Part shown: in pieces, positions 16,411-25,040 of the stretch
Position numbering within the stretch: position 1 is the first letter of the stretch
Layout: each line of letters opens with the position of its first letter
DNA from: Candidatus Doudnabacteria bacterium
GTDB taxonomy: Bacteria > Patescibacteriota > Doudnabacteria > UBA920
Length of the DNA: 41,945 bases
Reading direction: 5' to 3'
Assembly: GCA_038249015.1 (NCBI GenBank)
Contig: JBBRWU010000001.1
Coordinates: 1 to 41,945 of the forward strand
The notes under the pieces: model-generated
What the model was told of the DNA's origin: nothing
Databases searched by the model: none
Seen by the model: only the letters and a program-made list of their open reading frames with translations
Translations under genes and position numbers: made by a program

Positions 16411-17942
16411 TATATTATTCTCGGAAACAGTCGTGGAATATTTTCCACGCTGATGTCTTTTAATGCGGTTATAATTTTTGCACTGGTCCACGGCAAAACC
16501 GGGACCAAGGCTGTGGCCAGTTCTTCCAGTTTGCTCAGCAACTGTTCAATATCTTTTTTTGCTTTTTCCGGGTCAATTTTAATTACTTTAAACGGTTCAT
16601 TTTTTTGGATAAACTCGTCGCAGGCCTGAACTTTTTTCCAAATTTCATCCATATATTTTTGGAGTTGATAGTTATCAATCAACGAATTTTTCCCATCATG
16701 ATTCAACCTCTCTGCCTCGGATGCACTCGGCTTCTCCCCTCGCCAGGGGAGAAGGGACGCAGACGCCGCCATTTTCAAAATCCTGCTGGTCAAATTCCCT
16801 ATTCCATTGGCCAGTCCGGCATTATAACTTTCCGCAAAACGTTCCCAGGTGTAATCGCCGTCTTCAAAAGTCGGAATTTCGCGAAGTAAATAATAGCGCA
16901 AAGCTTCTGTCGCCTGCTCTGTATGTAAACCTTTTTCTATGAGTTGATTAATAATTGCATAAGGATCGGCCACATTACCCAATGACTTGGACATTTTTTG
17001 CCCGCCACTGGTTATAAACCCATGAATAATTATTTGTTTGGAATTTGGCAAGCCCGCGGACATTAACATTGCCTGCCACATGGCGGACTGTTGGCGGAGG
17101 TTATCTTTACCGGCAATTTGAACGCCCGGCCAATAATCCTGGAACTCAAAACCCTCACCCTGCCCTCTCTCAGAGGGAGAGGAGGGAGAAGGAGGCCAGC
17201 CCAAAGTTGAAACGTAATTGATGAGCGCGTCAAACCACACATACATAACATGGTTTTCGTCCCCCGGAACCGGAATACCCCAGGACATTTTTTCCTTTAA
17301 CCGGGAAACACTAAAATCTTCCAGGCCGTTTTTTACAAATTCCTTAATTTCGTTAAAGCGGAAATCCGGCACCACAAAGTCCGGCTGTTTTTGGTACAAA
17401 TCCAAAAGCGGTTGTTGGTATTTGGACCAGCGAAAAAAATAGTTTTCCTCTTCGCGGATTTCCAATTCCAAATTCGGATGAATAGGACATTTACCGTCCA
17501 CCAGCTCACTTTCGGTCTTCCCTAGCTCACAACCCACGCAATACTTGGTTTTATAATTCTTTTTATAAATATCGCCGTTTTTTTCACATTGACGCCAAAA
17601 TTCCTGCGCTGCCTCAACATGATGGGCGTCTGTGGTGCGGATAAAATGAATTTCGGGGCTAATTCCCAAAGCCGGCATAAGTTTTTTAAACTTATCCGCG
17701 TATTCATCTACATAACTTTGCACGTCCTGATTATTTTCCTGCGCCTTTTGAAAGATTTTCTGCCCGTGTTCGTCTGTACCGGTATTAAAAAACACATCCT
17801 GGTTTAAAACTTCTTTGTGGTAACGGGCAATAACGTCGGCCTGAACCATTTCTAAAGCAAACCCTAAATGAGGGTCTGAATTAACGTAAGGCAAAGCTGT
17901 GGTGATGTAGAATTTATTTTTGCTCATTGGTAATAATATCAA
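16410..17942 (-). CDS. metG: Methionyl-tRNA synthetase with two short GC-rich in-frame insertions
   Basis: Contains YITTALPYVNSDPHLGF, a CxxC..C zinc knuckle and KMSKS. The alternative start MSKNKF is at 17927. Inserts lie at about 17150-17200 (PPSPSSPSERGQGEG) and about 16706-16770 (LLPWRGEKPSASEAE). Confidence 0.95.
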   Translation of the reverse strand: MILLPMSKNKFYITTALPYVNSDPHLGFALEMVQADVIARYHKEVLNQDVFFNTGTDEHGQKIFQKAQENNQDVQSYVDEYADKFKKLMPALGISPEIHFIRTTDAHHVEAAQEFWRQCEKNGDIYKKNYKTKYCVGCELGKTESELVDGKCPIHPNLELEIREEENYFFRWSKYQQPLLDLYQKQPDFVVPDFRFNEIKEFVKNGLEDFSVSRLKEKMSWGIPVPGDENHVMYVWFDALINYVSTLGWPPSPSSPSERGQGEGFEFQDYWPGVQIAGKDNLRQQSAMWQAMLMSAGLPNSKQIIIHGFITSGGQKMSKSLGNVADPYAIINQLIEKGLHTEQATEALRYYLLREIPTFEDGDYTWERFAESYNAGLANGIGNLTSRILKMAASASLLPWRGEKPSASEAERLNHDGKNSLIDNYQLQKYMDEIWKKVQACDEFIQKNEPFKVIKIDPEKAKKDIEQLLSKLEELATALVPVLPWTSAKIITALKDISVENIPRLFPRII

Positions 17943-18026
17943 TTATTATCTCAGTATCAATAATATCTTTATACCACGATCATGATATTAGGAAATTGAT
18001 GGATATTGAGATGCTAAATAAAAACT

Positions 18027-18048
18027 AAAAAAGGCATTTAGCCTTTTT
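18027..18048 (-). terminator. Hairpin terminator after the AI-2E transporter gene
   Basis: aaaaaggc-attta-gccttttt with flanking A and T runs. Confidence 0.55.
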
Positions 18049-18079
18049 ATTATAACGATTTATTGAGTTTTTAACAAAT

Positions 18080-19087
18080 TTACGGCTGTGATGTATTTTT
18101 AGCCGACCAAAATTCATTCACCACCACTGTAAAGGCGCTGACCAAGGGCACGGCGATGAGTAAACCCACGACTCCGGCCAACTTAAAACCAACCAACAAA
18201 GCCACCAAAACTACCAAAGGCGAGGTGCCGACAGTTTTTTCCATAATTTTTGGCACTAACACATAGCCTTCTACTTTTTGAATCAGCAAATATAAAAGCG
18301 CCACGACAATCGCCAACGGTGGGTTCTGAATAAAGGCAAATAATACTCCCGGTACTGCGGACAAAAACGGCCCAATGTAAGGAACTATCTCCAAAAGACC
18401 GGCTAAGAGTGCCAAAAATAAAGCATACTTAATTCCTAAAAGGGAAAGTCCAATCCAAGTAAACACAAAAATTGCTACACTTAAAATAGCCTGGCCTAAA
18501 ATCCATAAGCCCATTTTCCTTTGAATTTTTTCCATTAAGTTCATGGTAAATTCCTGGTGCTTGTCCGGCAATAGGGCGGAAATAAATTTTTTCATTCCCT
18601 TTTCTTCAGCCACCAAATAAAATGAAATCACCAGAACCGAAATAAAAGTCAAAAAGCCGCTAAAAATACCAAAAGTTTTTACCACAAATGAAGTACCGCC
18701 GGAACCGGCAAACAAATTTTTTACGTATTCCGAAAGATCAACACTGGCAAAAATAGTACTTCCTAAACGTTCGTGCAAAGCCACGGAATACGCGGGAATA
18801 TTGTTACGAAATAAAACAAACTGCTCAACAGCCGGCGGAATAAGCAAATAAATTACCACTCCGGCCATCCCCAGTACCAAGGCGTATACGGTTAACACGC
18901 TAACAAACCGTGGAACTCGTTTGGCATTAAAATAATCCACTAGCGGGTCTAGTGCTGAAGCTAAAATTAAAGACAATAATAAAATTAAAATAATGTCCCG
19001 AATCACCCACAAAAACGCCAAAAGTAACCCGGCTAAAACAACCTTTAAAATTATCTTGGTAGAATTTTCCAACTCATTGTACTTCAT
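18080..19087 (-). CDS. AI-2E family transporter (PerM/UPF0118)
   Basis: 335 aa with about 8 TM helices. Contains the LLEIVPYIGPFLSAVP signature region. Confidence 0.8.
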   Translation of the reverse strand: MKYNELENSTKIILKVVLAGLLLAFLWVIRDIILILLLSLILASALDPLVDYFNAKRVPRFVSVLTVYALVLGMAGVVIYLLIPPAVEQFVLFRNNIPAYSVALHERLGSTIFASVDLSEYVKNLFAGSGGTSFVVKTFGIFSGFLTFISVLVISFYLVAEEKGMKKFISALLPDKHQEFTMNLMEKIQRKMGLWILGQAILSVAIFVFTWIGLSLLGIKYALFLALLAGLLEIVPYIGPFLSAVPGVLFAFIQNPPLAIVVALLYLLIQKVEGYVLVPKIMEKTVGTSPLVVLVALLVGFKLAGVVGLLIAVPLVSAFTVVVNEFWSAKNTSQP

Positions 19088-19168
19088 ATAAACGCAGATA
19101 AATCGCTGATGTTAACTGCAACCGCTGATTATACGCGGATACTATTTAATACAAAATAATCCAGCCAC

Positions 19169-19378
19169 TTAAGCGGAAGGATTATTTTTGGCTTCGTCTT
19201 TTAAACGTCCCTTTAAAATATCTATGGCGTTATCGCAATACGCGATTACTTGTTCCAACAAAAATTCGGTTACGCCTTCGCTTTTTATATCGCGGATGAG
19301 GATGGTTTTAATGGTATTGTCCAAACCGGACTGTTCAATAATACCGACTAATTCTTCCACAGTAATTGTCTGGTCCAT
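19169..19378 (-). CDS. Small acidic hypothetical protein
   Basis: The start is taken at MDQTITVEEL, 1 nt after the upstream stop codon. No motif is recognised. Confidence 0.4.
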   Translation of the reverse strand: MDQTITVEELVGIIEQSGLDNTIKTILIRDIKSEGVTEFLLEQVIAYCDNAIDILKGRLKDEAKNNPSA

Positions 19379-19379
19379 A

Positions 19380-19580
19380 TTATTGAAGTCTCCTTTGCTG
19401 AAACAATTTCTTAATACCTTCAAACCCTTTTAAAGTACCTTGTTGGGATTCTCGGGACAAATTTCCGACAGTGTATGCAAAATCAGCAGAAGGCACCAGC
19501 GCTCCCCTATTTTTTACCTCATTTTTTATAAAGACATTCTCTCCTGCTGTTAACGAATGTTTGCTTGCGCTTTCTGGCAT
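19380..19580 (-). CDS. Small hypothetical protein
   Basis: 66-aa ORF tightly packed with the next gene. No motif is recognised. Confidence 0.35.
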   Translation of the reverse strand: MPESASKHSLTAGENVFIKNEVKNRGALVPSADFAYTVGNLSRESQQGTLKGFEGIKKLFQQRRLQ

Positions 19581-19596
19581 AAATTTAATTCCTTTT

Positions 19597-20673
19597 TTAT
19601 TTCTTGAGGTTATCCCTCAAAGACTTTAAGATTTTAATATCTACTTTGACTTTATCATGCTCGGTTTCCAAAATCAAGGGCATAGAGCGAAGCACTTCAT
19701 TACTCTCCCCCTCTGACGGGGTAGAGAGGGTTGATGACAAACTCCCCAAAAACTCCCCGAAACCCTTTTTCCCAATCAGTCCTTCACCAATATGTTCGTG
19801 GCGGTCTTTCCGTGCACCCAATTCTACCTTGGAATCGTTAATATGGCTCATTTTCAACCATTTTAAACCAATTATTTTATCAAACTGCTTTATCCAATCG
19901 CCTTTTCTAACATCATAACCGCTCGCCCAGGCATGCTGAGTATCAAAACATATCCCGCCAAAACCGGGATGCTTTTTTAGCGGTTCCATTAACTCGGCCA
20001 CCTCTTCAAAAGTATCGCCCAAAATTTCCCCGGCTCCGGCTGCTATTTCAATTAAAAGTTGTGATGTTCCTTTGTACCCGTCTAAAACTTTTTTTAAGCC
20101 TTCTTGCGCCTGCTTAATGGCTTTGGCTTTGCCCAAATCTTTTCCGCTACCGGTATGGAACATAACAAATTTGCCACCTAGCAGGCTGGCGCGCTCCAAT
20201 TCTCCGCGGACGATTGCTATTGAGCTGTGATAGGTTTGAGGCTTGCCTGAGCCAAAATTTATGTAATACGGGCAATGTACCACGAAATCACACCCCCACC
20301 TTCCCTCCCCCATCAAAGGGGAGGAACTTTCGTTTACTTTTCCCTCCCCCTTGTGGGGAGGGTTAGGCCTGCCCCGTACCGAAGCCGACGGACATCGGAG
20401 CGACTGGTACTGGGGGAGGGGGTAATACTTATGCATTTCATCTTTAAATTTTTCTACCACCTCCCCGGTTAATTCCGGTGCCGGTCCGCCTTGCGGACTG
20501 CGCGTAAAAATTTGAAAAGTCTCACAACCTAAAAAAGCCGCGCGTTCTGGTGCGTTAAAAACACCTCCGGCAATGGACACGTGACAACCAATAGTAAATA
20601 CCTTATTATTCTCCCCAAGTCTGGGGAGATGCTCCGAAGGAGCAGAGAGGTTGTTTTTTTTCATAAATAGCAA
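19597..20673 (-). CDS. nfo: Endonuclease IV (AP endonuclease, xylose-isomerase-like TIM barrel) with three GC-rich in-frame insertions
   Basis: Carries HCPYYINFGS, FHTGS, LIEIAAG, CFDTQHAWASGYD, HINDSK..KDRHEHIGEG and LILETE. It is 358 aa against roughly 280 typical for the family. Inserts lie at about 20291-20425, 20611-20643 and 19703-19730. Confidence 0.9.
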   Translation of the reverse strand: MLFMKKNNLSAPSEHLPRLGENNKVFTIGCHVSIAGGVFNAPERAAFLGCETFQIFTRSPQGGPAPELTGEVVEKFKDEMHKYYPLPQYQSLRCPSASVRGRPNPPHKGEGKVNESSSPLMGEGRWGCDFVVHCPYYINFGSGKPQTYHSSIAIVRGELERASLLGGKFVMFHTGSGKDLGKAKAIKQAQEGLKKVLDGYKGTSQLLIEIAAGAGEILGDTFEEVAELMEPLKKHPGFGGICFDTQHAWASGYDVRKGDWIKQFDKIIGLKWLKMSHINDSKVELGARKDRHEHIGEGLIGKKGFGEFLGSLSSTLSTPSEGESNEVLRSMPLILETEHDKVKVDIKILKSLRDNLKK

Positions 20674-20676
20674 ATT

Positions 20677-21222
20677 TTATTTCGTTTTTAACCATTGGGT
20701 AATTTTATCTTGAGTTTCTAAATAGCAAAGCCCTGCCCAATTAGCGGAATTTTTTTGGCCTTCCTGCAAAGCCTCCAACATATCCCACCACTTCACTTCC
20801 GTAATTTCCCCATCGTTAAATTTAATATCCGACTTTTTACCGTCAAATAAAAGCGCGTAAAGCCAGACAAAATGTTTGGAAGTTTGACTTTTTCGGGTGT
20901 CTAAAAAAAATAAATCTTCAGGTAAAACTTTTAAACCAATCTCTTCTTCGAGTTCCTCCACCGCATTACTTAAAGGCGCTTGTTTGTATTGCACGTGCCC
21001 GCCAAAAGCCATTTGCCACCTGCCCGGATTTTGATTTAAGTTCTCACTGCGCTTTGAACATAAAATTCTACCTTCCGGATTCACCACAAATATCCCCGTG
21101 CCAATGTGCCAAAAATTCAATGGCTGGGTATGGACTTCGCTCCGCGTTTTTCCTTCAGTTGGCTTACCGTTTTCATCACAGCATTGGAGCATCTCATCTT
21201 CGGGGTTGGGAAAAATATGCAT
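20677..21222 (-). CDS. Nudix hydrolase
   Basis: Nudix box GGHVQYKQAPLSNAVEELEEEIGL. Confidence 0.8.
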   Translation of the reverse strand: MHIFPNPEDEMLQCCDENGKPTEGKTRSEVHTQPLNFWHIGTGIFVVNPEGRILCSKRSENLNQNPGRWQMAFGGHVQYKQAPLSNAVEELEEEIGLKVLPEDLFFLDTRKSQTSKHFVWLYALLFDGKKSDIKFNDGEITEVKWWDMLEALQEGQKNSANWAGLCYLETQDKITQWLKTK

Positions 21223-21262
21223 AATTTATTATTCAATATAGGTTATCTCTCCAAATTTGGAG

Positions 21263-21321
21263 AGTAGTTTGCCGATTTATCGGCCATTTTGCCGAGAAGC
21301 CTGATAAATCAGGCAACTACA
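21263..21321. repeat. REP hairpin pair, same family as at the RAYT locus
   Basis: agtagtttgccgatttatcggc ... gcctgataaatcaggcaactaca. Confidence 0.8.
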
Positions 21322-21427
21322 TTATTAAACTTCCTGCTCGTAAATATTTCCATAGTAGTTCTTCCCAAACTGTAGATTGTTTTCTTAATTGTTTTAAAGA
21401 ATCAATCAAATAATCATTTCTCTTCAT
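21318..21427 (-). pseudogene. N-terminal fragment of a DUF559-type (Vsr-like endonuclease domain) gene, truncated at the REP pair
   Basis: MKRNDYLIDSLKQLRKQSTVWEELLWKYLRAGSLIM*. The LRK..T..E..LW.YLR pattern is typical of DUF559 N-termini. The ORF ends inside the REP. Confidence 0.4.
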
Positions 21428-21468
21428 ACGACCTCTCCCCATTCCCTCCCCAAACTTTGGGAGGGAGA

Positions 21469-22737
21469 CTAAAAGGTTAAAATCTTTTTAAAGATTTTGT
21501 CATTTTTATACGGCCCAATTATAGCCAAACTCATATTTTTTTTCTGAAATAAATCCTGTGCTACTTTTTTTATTTCTACTGCGGTAACGGCGTCAATTTT
21601 TTTAAACACTTCCTTGGGACTTAAAATTTTCGGTTTAAAAGCTGTTGCTTCTACCACCCAATCTAAACGTGCCTGATTATCTTCCAAAGCTAAAATTGTT
21701 CTGCCTTTTAAATACTCTTTAGCTTTTTTTAATTCTTCGTTTCCGACAAGAATTTTTTTAACTTTTTCCAGCTCCTCTAAAATAACTTTAATAGCTTCTT
21801 CAATTTTAATTACTTGGACGCCGGCGCGTACGCCAAATACTCCGGTATCCTGATACGCCGAACCGGAAGCGGAAACGTAGTAAGCCAATCCCCTTTTTTC
21901 CCGGACTTCGGTAAATAATCGGCCGGACATTCCGCCGGAAAGCACGGCAGACATAACCGTCTGCGCCGCAACCTGTTTATGACCATACGGCAAACCTTTA
22001 AAACCAAAGGACAAATGTGCCTGTTCGGTTTGTTTAAACTGCAAACTTAAACGAGGAGTTGTTTGCTTGTCTTTTGTCTTCTCCCAACCGTGAAATTTCT
22101 TTTTTGGAACAGCTTCCCAATATTTTTTAATTAATGCGTTTAATTTTTGCTTATTATACTTACCCGAAACTCCCAAAATCATATTTGGTGTTTGATAGTG
22201 CCTATTTGTGTAGTCCGCGAACATTTCGCGGGTAAACTTAACCACCGTGTCTTTGGTGCCGGCAATATCACGGCCCAACGGTTCATTCGGCCACATAACA
22301 TTTTCCAAAATATTTTCAATTTCGTACATTGGCGTGTCCTTGTACATATTTATTTCTTCCACAATTACGCCTTTTTCTTTTTCCAATTCAACCGAATCCA
22401 ATAACGGATTTTGAATCATATCCGTAAGCAGTTCAAAAATTAATTCCAAATGTTTGCTGGCTGCCTTAATATAAAACTGCGTATGTTCCTTGCCCGTATT
22501 GGCATTCATTTCTCCGCCAATGGAATCCACAATGGAAGAAATTGCCATGGCGCTTGGATATTTTTTTGTGCCTTTAAACAAAAAGTGTTCAAGAAAATGG
22601 GAAATCCCGCTTTCTTTTTCCGTTTCGCTTCTGGAGCCGGTTTTTACAAAAAAATCCACCACCACGCTTTCCGCGTCCTGGGACGGAACTTCTAAAACGG
22701 TAAGACCGTTAGCTAACTTCCTTTTTTGATATTTCAT
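21469..22737 (-). CDS. M16 (pitrilysin/insulinase) family zinc peptidase
   Basis: Inverted zinc motif HFLEHFLFKG (HxxEH). 422 aa with the two-domain layout. Confidence 0.85.
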   Translation of the reverse strand: MKYQKRKLANGLTVLEVPSQDAESVVVDFFVKTGSRSETEKESGISHFLEHFLFKGTKKYPSAMAISSIVDSIGGEMNANTGKEHTQFYIKAASKHLELIFELLTDMIQNPLLDSVELEKEKGVIVEEINMYKDTPMYEIENILENVMWPNEPLGRDIAGTKDTVVKFTREMFADYTNRHYQTPNMILGVSGKYNKQKLNALIKKYWEAVPKKKFHGWEKTKDKQTTPRLSLQFKQTEQAHLSFGFKGLPYGHKQVAAQTVMSAVLSGGMSGRLFTEVREKRGLAYYVSASGSAYQDTGVFGVRAGVQVIKIEEAIKVILEELEKVKKILVGNEELKKAKEYLKGRTILALEDNQARLDWVVEATAFKPKILSPKEVFKKIDAVTAVEIKKVAQDLFQKKNMSLAIIGPYKNDKIFKKILTF

Positions 22738-22749
22738 AATTTAAGTACT

Positions 22750-23244
22750 TTATTGGTTTTTTAAATAATCCTCAAACCTTTTAAGTTGTGTCTCTGATTC
22801 TTTTAAAAATATTTCTACAAGCCCTTCTGCATCGGGAAAATCCATTATTTCTTTCAGAACTTGTTCATAATGTGCCAAAAGATTAGCAGGAATCTCCAAG
22901 ATCATCTGAATGTGACTTTGATCTTCAGGAATTATATTCCTTGCTATTCCTTGACTAATAGCTTCAGATGTTTCAGTTGATGGGACTGCCACAAGTTTTC
23001 TTTGACTAATATTATACAGTAAATCCTCAAATCTTCTGCCTTGGCCAAATTTAGAGGCAGTACCTAATGAACCACCAAGTTGGTCTCTTACGTCATTACC
23101 AACGGTAGCCTCTTTTTGGAGCTCTAAAAGAAGGCCTCTATTCTCTGATTGCAATGCTACCAGTTTTTCCCGGATTGGTTTAAATTGTAGCTCAAGCTGT
23201 GAAATCAATGTCTCTCTCGGACTTATTTCCCTTGAATTATCCAT
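22750..23244 (-). CDS. Hypothetical protein
   Basis: 164-aa ORF, predicted helical. No motif is recognised. Confidence 0.5.
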   Translation of the reverse strand: MDNSREISPRETLISQLELQFKPIREKLVALQSENRGLLLELQKEATVGNDVRDQLGGSLGTASKFGQGRRFEDLLYNISQRKLVAVPSTETSEAISQGIARNIIPEDQSHIQMILEIPANLLAHYEQVLKEIMDFPDAEGLVEIFLKESETQLKRFEDYLKNQ

Positions 23245-23266
23245 AAATAAAATCTAATTTATTAAT

Positions 23267-24475
23267 TTATAAAATATTTTCTTCCAGCCTTGTTGGCTGA
23301 TAAATAAATTTATTAACTTTATTGCCTTTTAAATATACCAAATCCTCAATTCTTATGCCACCTAGGCGTGGAATATAGACTCCGGGTTCAATACTAAAGA
23401 CCATGCCGGGTTTTAATATGTCTTTAGAGTTTGGCGATAAATTCGGTAGTTCGTGAATTTCCAAACCAGTTCCGTGTCCGAGTGAATGAATAAAATATTT
23501 GTCCAAACCCTTCTCTGCCAGAACGTCCACGGCTTTCTGGTAAACATCGCCACCCATAACTCCTGTGTCATTGCGAGCCCCGAGTGCTGCCGAGGGACGT
23601 GGCAATCCCTTTTTTGATTTTAGATTGCTTCGGTCGGATGCACTCCCTCGCAATGACACAAAATTTATACTTTCATTATACGCCTTTTCCACCTGATTAT
23701 AGGCCAATTCCAGTTTCGGATGAACCTTTTTTAAAAACACAGTCCGCGTAAAATCACTGCAATAATTTTTATACTTAAAACCAAAATCTATAATAATGGA
23801 TTCCCCTGCCTTCAGGCGCTTACTTGACGGCACATGGTGCGGGATTGCGGCATTTACTCCGCTGGCAACAATTGGCGGAAAAGAAACATCTTCCGCTCCT
23901 AGTTTAAGACCCGCTGATCGAATAAAATTTGCCAATCCTAATTCCGTAATAGCAGGCCGAGGGCCCGCACTACATAAACGTTTTTTTATCTGTAAAAAAA
24001 CCGCTTCCACAATCTGCATAGACTTTCTAATTTTCGCAATTTCCGATGCGTCTTTTACCTGTCGCTGATAATCCACCGGACTTTTTACGTGTGTGATTTT
24101 AATCTTTAATCCGGGATCTTTTCCGCCAAAGGCGGATCCGCCTTTGGCGGAAATTTTTTGCTTAATATATTCATATTCCTTAAACGTAAACTCATCTTCC
24201 AACTCTAAGTTAGGCGCTTTACCTAAGTAAAGCGGTATGTTTTTTAACCTGTCCGATTTCATTCCCGGTGCCAATTCCAACCCATCGCCAAAAAATACCA
24301 CGGCGTGCCCTCTTCTCCCTTTGGGAGAAGAGGCCCGAAGGGCAGATGAGGGTTTAATTAAAAGGTACCCACTCATAAAAGACCGCCCTGTTAAGTAAAA
24401 CAGGTTTTCTTTTTTCTTAATTAGAATCGGATTTTTTATTTGCGCCTGTAACTTGCGCAAGCGCTTGAAACTCAT
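23267..24475 (-). CDS. M24B Xaa-Pro peptidase (aminopeptidase P-like) with three in-frame palindromic insertions
   Basis: Carries IIDFGFKYKNYCSDFTRT, HSLGHGTGLEIHELP, FSIEPGVY and GGIRIEDLV. Inserts lie at 23564-23660, 24121-24152 and 24309-24333. Confidence 0.85.
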   Translation of the reverse strand: MSFKRLRKLQAQIKNPILIKKKENLFYLTGRSFMSGYLLIKPSSALRASSPKGRRGHAVVFFGDGLELAPGMKSDRLKNIPLYLGKAPNLELEDEFTFKEYEYIKQKISAKGGSAFGGKDPGLKIKITHVKSPVDYQRQVKDASEIAKIRKSMQIVEAVFLQIKKRLCSAGPRPAITELGLANFIRSAGLKLGAEDVSFPPIVASGVNAAIPHHVPSSKRLKAGESIIIDFGFKYKNYCSDFTRTVFLKKVHPKLELAYNQVEKAYNESINFVSLRGSASDRSNLKSKKGLPRPSAALGARNDTGVMGGDVYQKAVDVLAEKGLDKYFIHSLGHGTGLEIHELPNLSPNSKDILKPGMVFSIEPGVYIPRLGGIRIEDLVYLKGNKVNKFIYQPTRLEENIL

Positions 24476-24488
24476 AAAAAAATTAAAA

Positions 24489-24938
24489 TTATAAATAGCG
24501 TCGCGACCCTCTATCTATCTTCATCACCCTATGAACACCTTTGCGTTTGCTTTCGTACATACTAGAATCGGCAACCTTCACTACTTCATCCAGCTCGTCA
24601 GTAGCACTAACAGCTGCCATACCGATACTCGCCGTTACTTCATGGCTTTTCTCTGAAATATTAAAATTTGTAGCTAAATAGGGGTCTCCGTGTTCGTTTT
24701 TGGGAAATTTTGCGGTAACATCAGCTATCATACCTTCAACAAAAACCGCAAATTCATCACCGCCAATCCTTCCGACAATTACCTCCGAGCCGGCAAAAAT
24801 CTCCTTTAACTTATTTGCAATTGCCCTTAAAGCTATATTGCCCGCCTCATGGCCGTATGTGTCGTTTATTGGTTTAAACTTATTAGCATCTGCCAACACA
24901 TATACACCACTCATTCCACTATCTTTTCTTTCCCTCAT
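24489..24938 (-). CDS. Minimal stand-alone GGDEF-domain protein (putative diguanylate cyclase)
   Basis: Contains DANKFKPINDTYGHEAGN and RIGGDEFAVF. 149 aa with no sensor domain and no RxxD I-site upstream of GGDEF. Confidence 0.8.
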   Translation of the reverse strand: MRERKDSGMSGVYVLADANKFKPINDTYGHEAGNIALRAIANKLKEIFAGSEVIVGRIGGDEFAVFVEGMIADVTAKFPKNEHGDPYLATNFNISEKSHEVTASIGMAAVSATDELDEVVKVADSSMYESKRKGVHRVMKIDRGSRRYL

Positions 24939-25040
24939 AGCATTAAAAAACCTTTACCATTCGGCCTATAAGTAGGTAGTCTTATAATATCCCTACCGTT
25001 GGGCGGGCTAGCTGGATCTATTGGTTCCCGTTTTGAAAAT

